DNA of 63,155 nt, filler included, from Lenisia limosa (GCA_001655205.1; 5 parts of 5 records of this genome joined end to end with filler, not necessarily neighbours in it); one strand, 5' to 3'. Shown: positions 1-15,382, counted from the first letter of the whole stretch. Made by a program: numbers and translations. Notes: a model not told the origin generated them from the sequence alone.

Positions 1-2329
1 ACCTGCCCTTCAGGCAAGTACCTTACTGGCACATGTGGAGGTACCAGCAACAAATACTGCACAAGTAAGCTTATATTAAGTATTCACTGTAATATTCAGT
101 AAGTTTTACATTACATCCACAACACAACACTGCGGTGCATTGATCGAAGAATGTGTCGTATAAATAACACAGAAGTATAGTTTTAAAATATTATATATAT
201 TAGTAGTATATATGCTTTTTGTTCGTCTGTTTTGTCAATAGTATATCATATGATATAATATGATACTCTACCTTATCACCCCCTCCCAGCATGTACATCG
301 TCCTGTTCTTCTGGCAAGTACCTTGCCGGCACTTGTGGGGGTAGCAGCGACACGTATTGCGCAAGTAGGCATGGACGATTTTGAGTATAGCAATTGTTCA
401 CTATCATTAACAATTCATTAATCAAGTTTACCAGTCTCAACCTTCCTTTACTCTGATAGTATATTACTCATCACCAGTCTCATCCTTCCTTTACTCTGAT
501 GGTATATTACTTATTGGCGCGTGTATTCTTAGCTCTCCCCCTGTTTAATTGTGATCTCAAACTGTTTTCGAACATTCTCACCTCCCCCCCCCCCCNNNNN
601 NNNNNNNNNNNNNNNNNNNNNNNNNNNNNNNNNNNNNNNNNNNNNNNNNNNNNNNNNNNNNNNNNNNNNNNNNNNNNNNNNNNNNNNNNNNNNNNNNNNN
701 NNNNNNNNNNNNNGCAGGTAGGCTTTTTTACGGACTACATGGATTGAAAAGTTTGTGACACCAATATCTTTGTTGTTTTTGTTGTTGAAATAAAAAACAA
801 CTATTATACTCGCCCATTTGCACATGTTCGGCAATGGACTTTTACAATATTTTCTTATCGATTTTATTGAAAGTTTCATCCCAATAACTACAACACTCTT
901 TACTGTTGCAGCGTGTACCACCGTGTCAAATTGCGCTCCTGATATGTACCTCTCTGGCACTTGCAGCACTAACAGCAACCCCACATGCATTAGTGAGTGG
1001 CTGATAAATCAACTATTCCAACATTGGTGCATCAATTTCTATTTTACTGAGACGGAATGGATCCTACTGGATTATACTGTATGTATGCAAGCTGTCATTT
1101 ATTACCTTTAAGGTTGTTCAACATCATGCCCCTCTGGCAAGTACCGCAGTTCATCTTGCACTGACACCAGTGATATAACCTGTTCAAGTTTGTGACTTTG
1201 GTTACTTTTCCCCATCAATAGACTAACGTTCTTCTTTCTTACCTGTGTTGTGGTTTACTCCTCAGCATGTACCTCCTCTGTTACTTGTTCCTCGGGCAAC
1301 TATCTTTCTGGAACTTGTTCGTTCACAAGTAACCCTTATTGCGCTCGTTAGTTGGGCGTAACTGTATTTTCATATTTGAATGCATACCGTGGTAAACACA
1401 GAAGAATCGTACATTGGTGCATTTACTATCTGTAGCCTGCAGGTCAAGTTGTCCTGAGGGAATGTACCTATATGGTGCATGCGGGGACACCAACAACCGA
1501 ATTTGTAGAAGTATGATGGATTTATCCAATTGATTAGATCGAAGTAAACAATGTCATTTTCAACTATCTTAACTCGAGTATCGTATATAATGTGTGTTGG
1601 AATCCATCTCACTACCCAGGCTGTCAGAGTTCATGCTCCACTGGGTACTATCTTGCTGGTAGTTGCGGTGGATTCAGCAACTTTTATTGCGAACGTATGC
1701 ACCAACTTTGCCTTTGCTCTGATAATACAAAACCTTTATTAATTTGCTCATTTGCTCCAAGTAGCAGCACAATGTAGAAATGAGAAATCATAGAAGTATC
1801 CTATCAGAGGCATCTATTCTATCAAGCTAATTAGATTTTCACTCGGTCATTTAGTACAACACCCCGTTTCAAGATCCTGTTAACCCCCCCCCCCCCCNNN
1901 NNNNNNNNNNNNNNNNNNNNNNNNNNNNNNNNNNNNNNNNNNNNNNNNNNNNNNNNNNNNNNNNNNNNNNNNNNNNNNNGTTCTACTAACTCTGATACCA
2001 CGTGCACAAGTGGGGGGGTAGGCTGCATATAAGCGCTTCTGCAAATATTGTGCACATTCATAACTGTACTTACTGTCAATTCATGTTTCAGAATGCTCTG
2101 TTTGTAGACCAGACGAAGTAGTTTTCAAATCATGTACTGATGACAGAGACACTGAGTGTATTCGTAAGTGGGGTATTCCAATGAAGAATACTGGCGTAAA
2201 GGTATTTATCACGAAGCGAATAATCAAGCAATATGGGGGGGGATGAGAAAAATAAGTTGGGCCACTTGGAGAATTTACTTCTGATACACTCTAGCTTGCC
2301 TGAGAAGGGATTGTCTAATGCCATCGTAG
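1..2329 (+). CDS. 5'-partial Cys-rich repeat protein (TNFR-cysteine-rich-region-like modules), at least 10 repeat exons
   Basis: GT-AG exons 1-64, 290-364, (gap)-717, 912-992, 1113-1187, 1266-1346, 1436-1510, 1620-1694, (gap)-2009 and 2092-2163 each encode one module, e.g. CTSSCSSGKYLAGTCGGSSDTYCA and CSVCRPDEVVFKSCTDDRDTEC. Probable last exon 2295-2329 (PCLRRDCLMPS*) is less certain. Confidence 0.8.
430..514. repeat. 43-bp tandem duplication (intronic)
   Basis: accagtctca(a/t)ccttcctttactctgat(a/g)gtatattact, two copies. Confidence 0.9.
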
Positions 2330-2544
2330 CTTACTCTGTATTATTATCATCGTACGTAATGTAATTCCATTTTTTGAGTTTTGCATTCTTGTGGTTACTA
2401 ATTATTAAAACAACCCTCTAGTTAGCTAGCTAGCTTGCCCTGGTATGGAATGAAAAAATAGCCCAGGAACAACCAGCAATTATTAAAGGAAACAGGTAAG
2501 ATGTATAAGATCAGTACCGATAAATAGAAGAAAAAGAAAAGACC

Positions 2545-4362
<1,818 letters not shown>

Positions 4363-4730
4363 TTTGAATATAATCGATAAATGAAGGTTTCTGCCATTCA
4401 CAAAATTCGCTGAAAAGATAATTAGGTGACTCAAGTTCAGTTCATACTTACGAATTTAGTTATTCTTATTTCTCCCTCCTCTTGTTCTCTCAAAACTTCT
4501 TCACCTCCTCCCTCACCCCGAAGTACAAGAACAAAATAACTTGTACTATCTAAACATCAACCCTTGTTGCAACTACTGTCCTTCACTGTACCCCCCCCCT
4601 CTCCCAACTCCAACTGGTGACTACGGCAAGGACGTGAGCAATTATAATTGATCATAAATAAGTAACTACTAAAAGACAGCTAAAAGATAAAAACACAACC
4701 GAGAAACATTAAATATTGAGTATTTGCGAC

Positions 4731-5572
4731 CTAGGCTTTGAGGGGGGCGGGGAGGGAACCCATGATTGGTTTCTCACCTAAAATATTTGAGTCATATGAA
4801 AGATAGTGGAGATGCCTTGACATATATTAAATTATATCAAAAGCACCTCGTCATACCTCCGCAACAGAGGTACATGCCACCTTCTTCAAGCTCAGAAATA
4901 TCCTTGATAAGAGTCTTCAAGTCCTAACACCAGTCAACCAATTTGCTATATTTGTTTGCATACCTTCTTGTAGATCTTGATGCAAGGTCCGGTTGTAAGC
5001 TTGACACTGTTGGAGGCCTCTTTCTTGAGTTGGTCAAGAGTCTTAATCTTGGCCATCTTTCCAGAAGGAATCTAAAAGAAAGTCAGAAAGAACAACAAAA
5101 ACAAAAGGAACAATCCGGATGAAAAGGGAAAGCACTCTTACCTTGGTTCCCTTGTCAAACTTGTCACCATTTCTGAAGAGGATAATACTGGGAGCAGCAG
5201 TGGTCTGAACACCAAATTTAGCCTTGCCCATTTCGCCCTTCACGGTAGGGGACTTCTTTTTCTCAATAGTAGAGGATGAAACCTAGAAGTTAGGTTATTA
5301 TATCAACAAAAAGGGCTCAAAGGCGGACTATATTGCTGATTCTCGGGTCTGAAATGACTCCAAACTCCAAACCTCATTGTTTCTGGAAGCTGATGAAGTG
5401 GATCCAGTGTTGTTGACAAGACTCTCACGTCCAGCTTTTCCCTTTCCTAAAAAAATAAAAACAATTCCTCGAATTATCTCGAAATACCTCCTCCTTCAGC
5501 ATCAAAACGCTCCTTGTGAGCACCAGTGTACTTAGAAGAGTCGGTAAGGCGAGAAACGACGTCAGAGGGCAT
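4731..5572 (-). CDS. Apicortin (partial p25alpha/TPPP motif + doublecortin DCX domain); apparent 1-nt frameshift at 5436-5447
   Basis: Exon 1 encodes MPSDVVSRLTDSSKYTGAHKERFDAEG and exon 2 GKAGRESL (p25alpha signature). Later exons give IILFRNGDKFDKGTK...TLDQLKKEASNSVKLTTGPCIKIY...LEEGGMYLCCGGEKP (DCX). Stop TAG at 4733-4731. Confidence 0.85.
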
Positions 5573-6497
5573 GTTGTTAAGTTTTATAATATGTCAAAAA
5601 TACGACAAGAGAGAATATGACCTAGAAATAGCAGTTTAACTGTAACAGGCAAAAAAATCAAAAATTATTTATATATTCGATAATTTTTTCGAGCTCGGCG
5701 AAATAAAGGGTACCCTAGTGACACACCCCCCAATTCACTTATCTCTATTCCATTTCCAAAGAACCAGCTGGTTATTGCTCTGAGAGTGTTTGAAGGAAGT
5801 ATTGTGATAAAACTTGTGATACACCCCCNNNNNNNNNNNNNNNNNNNNNNNNNNNNNNNNNNNNNNNNNNNNNNNNNNNNNNNNNNNNNNNNNNNNNNNN
5901 NNNNNNNNNNNNNNNNNNNNNNNNNNNNNNNNNNNNNNNNNNNNNNNNNNNNNNNNNNNNNNNNNNNNNNNNNNNNGTCATGAGCGGGGTGGGCTCTGAC
6001 CCATCCCACTCGCTCCTCCAGGCAAGGTTTGTGGGTGGGTGTGTGTGTGTTGTGTGAGGAGTTCATATCGGTTCCTTTTAGGAATTCAATCCGATCCCGA
6101 GAAGAACTGAATCTCCCGATAATTCATCGATATATGAGAAGACTAGGCTCAGGGGACTGGAATCGATAGTTCACCAAACCTCATAAATACCAATATTTCC
6201 AGAAAGCCGTAATGATAAATATCTACAGTGCAATGACAAATGTAATGATATGCTGATACTTCAGGTATAATGAAATTCAAGAACTGCGAGCAGAGTTACT
6301 AAGTGGGAGTGGTGGTTTTGTTTTTGTTTTTTCTGTAACGCGCTGTTTTTTAAAAAATAAGCCCTGATACGATTGACTCAATCTAAAGCTCAATATCCGT
6401 GTCATGATTTCACAACAGAGTTGATTTTGGGTGGTTTTTTTGTTCCAAACATTTTCCAATTTTACCCCTCTCCCCCATCCCGCTCACCCCCTTCTAG

Positions 6498-6586
6498 GCC
6501 TGCGAAGGAAGCATGAGAACCAATCAATTGTCCTTGAAAACACCCACATTGAGCTTGCCGACGCCCGTCAGAAGGTCAAGCAACTG
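6498..6586 (+). CDS. Isolated exon of an unidentified coiled-coil protein, truncated at a gap
   Basis: Follows the acceptor cccttctag and reads LRRKHENQSIVLENTHIELADARQKVKQL into a 12-N gap. Upstream exons (about 6080-6300) could not be resolved. Confidence 0.35.
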
Positions 6587-6598
6587 NNNNNNNNNNCT

Positions 6599-7372
<774 letters not shown>

Positions 7373-8211
7373 TTTGGACAACTTAATAAAATGAAGAAGT
7401 ACCGATTTTTCGGGAATTTTTTCTTTAAATAATCTATCGAATGTTCTAGAACTTATGTTCTTTTGGATTCTAGAAGCCTTCCTAATTTAGTAAGTATTTT
7501 CGCTGTTATTGAGGGAATCGACCTAAATTTATATTAATAATAAAACGATGAGGAAATATTTGGATATAAGAGTTTATTGAACAAAATTACGAATATCACA
7601 AGATCCTATGTTGTTCTTGAGCCTTCTTTGACATCCGAGAAAACTTCTAGCTGCTTCTTAGCTTTCTTCCATTTCTTCTCTGTTCTTATACTTTATTAAT
7701 TAATAGTATGACACGGCCTTCCAACGCTAAATCGGATTTCCTCTTAACAGTCTCCTGATCCCTTGTGTATGCTGAGAAGGCTCTTGTGTTCCTTGCCTAA
7801 TGCCTACTATTGGCCTACTATCCTACTATATCACATGGAGGATATTTTCTTTATTGGATGTTTTTGATTTTGATTGGGCTCTGTTGTGCTTTATTGCTTC
7901 TCAGACGGACCAAGCGATCTTACTTCTACTCCTCTTTCACTATTGCGAAAATGGTGGGATTTGCAAGCCAAGTGGGAGCGTTTTATTTTATTTTGCGCTC
8001 AGAGTACAAATTAAGAATATCTTACTAATATTAGTTGTGAATGTGTGCTTGTGAAACTGCCTGTTCCACCAATATTAGCTAAATACAAAATTCATCGTCA
8101 CATTAAATAAACAAATCATTAGAGAGTTCCTATCTCATTTTGTCTCATCTCAAGAGAGCTGTCTACTTTGAACTGCTTCAGAGAAGGGGCTTCTAATGGA
8201 TTGTTAGAGCT

Positions 8212-9748
8212 TCAAGCCTAATAAAGAAGGCACTCAAGATACTTGGGTAAAAAAGGATAATAGATAGACATATATCATATATATATATATATGATTTGTA
8301 GATATCAAAGAATAAGAAAATTCGGCTTACGTCCATTTCTTTGGTTTTGTTGATGAAGTCAGTGTAAAACGCGTTGGCAAGGTATATAAATGGGGCCTCA
8401 ACCTGAGCATGAGGGAAAAAGGAAATATTGTTCAACGAATGCTGGACTATTGGGTATTTCAAAATTCAGGGATGATATGAATCTCACCTCATCGTCTTCA
8501 TATGAGGACGTCTCAAAATAAGTCAGCCCCAAGTTGTTCGCAAGTTCAGCGGCAGTGTGCGACTTCACCGCTCGTAAACCGTCAAGATCGGTCTTAGTCC
8601 CAANNNNNNNNNNNNNNNNNNNNNNNNNNNNNNNNNNNNNNNNNNNNNNNNNNNNNNNNNNNNNNNNNNNNNNNNNNNNNNNNNNNNNNNNNNNNNNNNN
8701 NNNNNNNNNNNNNNNNNNNNNNNNNNNNNNNNNNNNNNNNNNNNNNNNNNNNNNNNNAAGGGAAGCCCCCTGGCACTAATTGCCTTTTCGAGCCATCGAT
8801 TCACTCCGCTCAGTGATTTCTGTCATTATTAATGGCTTTTGATTAAGCTTCCTTAAGGCCCCAAAAAAGATTGGATTTCTTCTTGATAAATGATCGATAA
8901 ATATTGATATTATGTCAGCCTACTTATCACATTATGTATTGCCTTACAAAACGTAAAAGTTGACATTAGTTTCGCCAATAACCCCATCTTACTTCGAGAG
9001 TGACATCAAATACAAGCATTACCATCGAACATCCTTCCCACTGAAGGGTCAAGGTTCGTAACAACAGAGTAAACGAAGAAATGGTAAATATTATGCCCAA
9101 AAAAAATTCTTTAAAACAATTGCTGATTTTCCAGGGAAATGTTACCAGAGTTGTACTTGACCCATACCACCCTGTTTATCAAAGAAAGAGTATTATAACA
9201 ACAGAAACAGGAAGGTTGGGTTTTGGCCCATACAATCCTACGTTGATTGTACTGACCTCACTACCATCTTGTATACATCTAATACTATGAACGGAAGTAA
9301 TGTCCTATTGTTGACTGCGAACCCGCATACATCACTATCAATGGTGTTTGTGAAGAGGGCTGAGCCTGGGGAATCGTAAATGAAGAGCTCCACAGTGAAA
9401 TCGCTATCAGGAATGGAAATAGTCTTCACCACCAACTCTGTCTTTGTTGTCTATATTGTGAGGGACTCGCTTCTTTGAGTTGATTAATTTCTAAATATAA
9501 CAGGAAAATAGTGCACATCATAAACAAATCTAGCCCCACCATTGAATACGCTTTGCTTGGCTTTTCCCTTGTGATGAAACTTGAAAGCAAGGTGGATTTA
9601 CCGACAGCTTGGTCACCTGTCCAATTAAACAAAGAATAAAAGAGTGGAAGGCAAACGACAATCAAAAACAAATTTGAACTAAACGGGCTTATAAAATTAC
9701 ACCCCTCCAACCACCAATGATGACCTTACACCTGAGAATGTTTGGCAT
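8212..9748 (-). CDS. IFT27: Intraflagellar transport Rab-like GTPase IFT27/RABL4
   Basis: MPNILRCKVIIGGDQAVGKSTLL, VELFIYDSPGSALF, WEGCSMVMLVFDVT, RWLEKA, TKTDLDGLRAV, YFETSSYEDDEVEAPFIYLANAFY; the VEAPF..LA..F end matches IFT27. No C-terminal prenylation Cys. The terminal 2-codon exon is tentative. Confidence 0.88.
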
Positions 9749-10069
9749 ATTTGATTGAGAATATCGAGGGCGTTTGGGACAACGTGAGTTTCTTTCGCTT
9801 TTCTGCTACAGTTTAATAGTTTAATAATATTAAATTAATAATAATAGCGGCAGTTAGGGATGAGAGGGGCTGAGGGACTTGATCAAAAAAAAAAAAAGCC
9901 GAACGAGTAAAAGTCCGGCTACCAATAAGCTGCTTGTTTCCTGGTCTGACCAGTCTGACCAGTCTGACCTTTTTGAACGGTCTTTTGTGTTAAAATCGTA
10001 AAGGGTATTAGTAAACGGTATATAAGTTAAATAGGTGGATAATTTGCACGAAAGCGGTTCTCAATCGCG

Positions 10070-13000
10070 ATGACAATATGTTTTCAGACTAATTTTGGAG
10101 CTCTCGTTACTCTCCTGCTTTGCTTTGTGTACCCTATTGTATGTACATCTCCAATAATGTGAGAGGGATTCGCTGAGTGGACAACTGTGAGAGTATCCTA
10201 ATTGTGGTGCATCTCATACACCGTACCAATATCAACGTGAACATTTTCAGATTAAAATGATAAATGAAAAAAGCAACCCAATGTTTGAGTGATAATAGTT
10301 TCATTGACATAGCAGACATTCATCACATACGAGTTGATATGAGGTGTGCGTGATTTGAAAATACTGTTTGACAATAACTTGATTGCCATACAGATTTACT
10401 GAGTTTGGAGTTCAGCTACAGTTGGCAGAAGCTACTGAAGGGAATCATGCAATTTCCAAGGTTTGGGCAGATGACATATTCTACGTCCCTCACAAACGGG
10501 ACAATCTTTCCTGTTGCTCAATTCCTATTCAAAGCCTCAAGAATCTTCAACTTTACTCTTCAGGATGTCTTCACGACCTTTCTGAACAGTGAGGTGGCCT
10601 CACAGAACTTTGTGGACCCTTGAGATATGGCTAAGGAGCATGGAATATTGGAATTTAGTTGTGTTTCTCAGTTATTGAGGTACAGATGTAAAAACTCTTT
10701 CCCATTCATTGGGTTTGTTGCAATTTCCAATATCTAATATTTTAGAAATGACTTGTTTGGTGGACTCACCCGAAGTTGCTGAAGGTTTGTGTGCTGATGG
10801 GCAGAAATGTATGATATAGGGTATAGATACAATGTAGTATATATCGGTATGGTATACTGTGAATTATTCATCTTCACTTTTTTTTTTGTGTTTTCTATGC
10901 ATTTGTAAAAAGAGGATCATTAATTAATTCCTCCATCACCTGTTTTCACTTCATGCCTCTTTCAATGATCGCCTAGGGGTATTTGTTGAGGTAACATCCC
11001 GAGTGAGGGGCGCATCTTCAGTACTAACTGATATCAACGTCACGGTAAGTGGACTGGTCAAGGGTTTCCTATTTGGAACCTTTGGAAGCCCTAATATGAA
11101 TATGCCTCCAACTCTGTTGATCTTCAGTGTATCCCTAATTCCAAATTTTATTTCTGATTACTCAGGGTAGTTGCCCTGAAGGCACTGTATTGAATGTGCC
11201 CAAGACCAGTGGAGTTGAATGCAGCTTCTCCATGGGCTGGATTGACGGACCAACTTGTGATACAAGTGGGAGTGGTAATTATTAAGTTTGGAGGAAAATT
11301 GTTTAGATGAAAGGAGCTAATGAATCAGCGTATTAAATAACCAAGAAGATACACAAATGAGCACATTAAACTCATTAGAACTTTTTGCATAATATAACAT
11401 AGTGTTTGTATTTGACATTGACAATCTAGTTACCTGTGACAATACATTTGACAGTACTCTTTCGTCAAATTGCACCGCCGGTAAGCCTAAGGATAGTTAT
11501 TCTAGGGCTTTAGTACCAAATACGAAGGGAACTTCTTTTTGGATTTTTTTTTTTGTGCTAAATACTATGCCCATTTCTATTGCGAATGTTTTGGTCTGGA
11601 ATTTACTTACTTGTTTTTTTCTTGATCATCCACACTTTCTTATTTGTCAAGATAGTACACCTTATGGCGGAGCATGTTCCTTAAGCTGTGTTGATGGTGG
11701 TGCGACCGCATCAGGTAGGCCCCGCGGTATTAATCATGACAATATGATTTGTGTCAACCATTGAGAGTCCCCTTGGCTGCTAGAATCGTGGTGTGATAGT
11801 GATTTCTTTTAGTCATAAAATGATATGACGGATACGACCCGAGACTGTTTAGGATATGAAATATAATATGTGTGATGGAAAATTCTGTAGTTGTGTGGTT
11901 CACTTTACATCAGGGACTCCAGTTGCAGTCTGTGGGAGCTCAGGGTGGGAAAGTAGCTTCAACTGTGGTATGTTCTGGTCCAATTACAATGATTATACTT
12001 ACAAGAGTATGATTTTCCTTTTATTGGTGCCACAGTAGTACTGATTGACAATTAGGTACAGTTATGAAGTCTTGTGGAACAGGTGACGTATACGGTCTTG
12101 GACAGGTGAGGCCCGAACTCCCACGATTTTCAAAGAAATCATGTTGTATGTCTAATACAACATATCATATGATATTATAATGTTAATGTGTAATATACTG
12201 TAGTATTATATCATATGTATGTATTGGTCATAGTTGGCGAACTACTGTTTACCATTGTATTTTCATCACCCAGCCAAACACATTGGACAAACTTGATGGA
12301 GACTTTTGGGACTTGGGTTCCACCTGGGGTTCTGACATCAAATTCATCACAACTGGCTTCTTTAGCATCTGTGCTGTTACTCATGGTACGTCTTCACGAT
12401 GTAAATACATGTGATATATTTTTGTATCTTCTTCTATCTCTTTGATTTTGCTCACATCCCAGATTCGACCATCAAATGCATGGGAAACAATGACTACGAA
12501 AACGCTGCGTGTTCTAGCCAAAACCCCGCTACCACACTCCTCCCCTGCACAACTTTAGTTGGGAAGACAGTGACCAAAGTCCAAGCAGGTACCCACTTCT
12601 TCGCGGTTATTGGTAGGATAAAGAACCGCTCAACGCTTACTTCTTTGATACACTCAAAAGTTCGCAGATCTTTTGATCAGAAATAAAAAATGAATATTCT
12701 ATTTTGATCTGTCACCACTGGATTCACCTTCCTGTTTTCACCCAACATATGGCAAGAACAGTCTTTTCCATAAAATTGACGATATTTTTTGTTCACAGTG
12801 TTCAGCCGATGACCAAGTGTACACATGGGGAGAAAGCTATCGTCTCCAGACCCTCCAAGCCACCACCACCAACTTCGACACCCCGACACTCGTGAGCCTC
12901 TTGCTTTCATAGTCTTGATGAGCGTGTTTCACATTTGGGGAGGCACGAAGCTGATCGTATGGGGTTGTATGACAAATGTGTGAATTTTTATCACCCTCTT

Positions 13001-14921
13001 ATCTATATGAGCATACGTGTGCCACCAACCATTTCTACTCATGTTCTCATGGTTCATATCAGTTACTACAAGTGATTAAATACATTTACATAGCTTCATG
13101 TTCCTCAGAGTTAGCTAACATCGCCAGGTTGACCTGGGAGGATCGTTCACAGCATTGGACGTTTTTACGGGTCCTCATACAACCGTTATCCGGAGATGTG
13201 AGTTGATGGTGTCAACAGAATGCGAATTATTGGTGTTTTGCTTCAGCTTTCCACTTTAAATAGTGTATTGCTTTTGTACTCACCCCAACCCTTCAGCTGA
13301 CAACAAATACTACGGTGGTGGGTATGGCCCATACGGATGCTTTAAGGGACTGAATACGCAAAACACAGCAGCGCATATTACCGATATGACCGGCTCGGTA
13401 AGAACACCATTGCTTAACTGATGGGATTTTTAACGATTTCACTATCTTCTTGATGATCATCACCTCATTGTAGACTGGAACAATTGTTAAGTATGTGACA
13501 GACCACCATGGAGGAATCCTTCTTAACAGTAAGCAATAATTCAGTCACACAGCCATTTTTGTCCATTATCTGCCTCACCGCAAAGATGCCGGAGAGATGT
13601 TCAGCCACGGAAGCGGCTCGTATTATAAGCAGTTCTGTATGACCAATCCGAATAGCAATGTGAACGACAATTGGGCGCCTGTATGTTGGAATATCGGTTT
13701 AGTGAAAACAGTTGTTGTACTATATGTGTGGTCTGTTATTTTCATGACCCGTATATCCTGGCGCATTGTGATGCAGTGCGAACTATTATTTTTTTTTTGA
13801 AATTTGAAGTAATTTTTATCTTACCCTAGTCTAATAATGCTGGGGGAATGCAAGGTACCATCACAGATGTGGAGTGTACGTACAAGAACTGCGTTATGAC
13901 TACAAGTAGGGGACCTTCTTGCATTACTGTGAAACCTGATCGTGAATTTTGATAACAATCTATTATGATTTAATTCACTACTTTATCTTAGCCCTGATTA
14001 TTTGTTTAGCTGACAACCGAGTCTTCGTTTGTGTTGCTGTCAGTTTGACTGCCGGAGGTGTGGCCAAATCTTCTTCCGCAGATCCTGTAAGGGGGTTGTT
14101 AATTGGAGCGACCTTGAACGCATGCCGTTTATGCGGTTCTCTTCTAATCTCAACTCCCCTCCTGTGTAAGGCAAAGAAATGGTGAAGTGTTGTATTACAC
14201 TTGTTGGTATGATATATAGTTATTGCTTGGGCGTTCCCTACGTGCCCAACAAGAGTTTCACGGACTTTTCGGACTGTGGGGAAGTCCTAGTGATTGCCTT
14301 AACAGCTTCGGTCAAACCCTTGTATTTCTGCCTGTTACACCACAGTACGAAATCACCAGTGCCGTTAACAGTGGATGTTCGGCTGGGACGTATCGGAACA
14401 AAATCGAATCGTCATATTACAGCATGGCTTTCCATGGATGTTGGCGGGGGATGATTGAACTCCAAAAATGATGACCATATCGAGTTACGAAATCTGACCT
14501 CTCAGCCTGCCCCAAGGTCTACGGCTTCCAGACCGAAGGAGCCAAACCCCTTTGTAGCTCCACTGGGTCTCTAAACACGGTATGGTTGTGGGCCCTATGA
14601 CGGAGTGGCTATTCACTTGGGGTTTCACTTCAGTCTGAACAATATTGATTCAAGCCGAGATTGGAATGGTTAAGGAAGCAGTTTAAAACTATTTTTTTAT
14701 TGAATGGAAGAGCTTAACCTCCCCTCAGATCCAACCGGTTGACACCTTCCCTGGAGTATACAAATCAGTGTCCATCCAGGAAACCATGGTGTATACCCTT
14801 GAGTGATGTCTCTAATTTTCATCTCTCTGTATTATGTTATTATTTATTATTTGCCCATTTTTTTGGAGTTATGTGGGAGTATATTTCTGGTAGATTTGGA
14901 AAACAAAGCTCACAAAAATAA
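10070..14921 (+). CDS. Secreted Sushi/CCP-like + RCC1/BLIP-II-repeat protein, paralog A (3' end approximate)
   Basis: Signal-peptide-like MTICFQTNFGALVTLLLCFVYPI. Cys exons VTCDNTFDSTLSSNCTA / DSTPYGGACSLSC / VAVCGSSGWESSFNC. RCC1-like exons IKFITTGFFSICAV-DSTIKCMGNNDY, VTKVQAGTHFFAVI and DDQVYTWGE. Confidence 0.7.
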
Positions 14922-15382
14922 ATAGGTTTAGTGGGATTTATACCCTTTCATCAATGAGTCTTTTTGCTGTCTGGCTGTCATCCGAGGCTGTCATCTTGAA
15001 CTCATGTTGTGTTGACATTCTAATTTCCCAAGTTTCTCCAAAGAGTAGCGGAGGATCTATTACCCCGGTTGCGTTCCGGGAAATTCTAATTCTAAATTCA
15101 ACCTTTTGATTTGCACTGGATTTGTGGATTTGCATGAAGAGAATAGAGGAATAGAGAAGACAAGGTTGAGACGAGGAGAAAAGGGGAAATTGCAATCAGA
15201 CAGACAGACAGTTTACAGCCAGAGAACCAATGTTGTATAAAAATTTATTTTTCATCCATCCACGACTCTCTGCAAAAATTGAATCATAAATTCATAAACA
15301 GATAAACATATCATAACAGCAAAAAATTCATTGAGTGAAAAAGGAATACGGAAAAAGGATAAAGGAAGGGCACTCCAACAAT

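Noticed and set aside
7700-8060. Short plus-strand ORFs/exon-like segments upstream of GDH copy 2
   Set aside because: Could not build a consistent spliced reading frame or recognise a family.
14938-15195. 85-aa minus-strand ORF between the two secreted-protein genes
   Set aside because: No recognisable motif or splice support, and it overlaps the probable 3' UTR of paralog A; cannot be supported as a gene.
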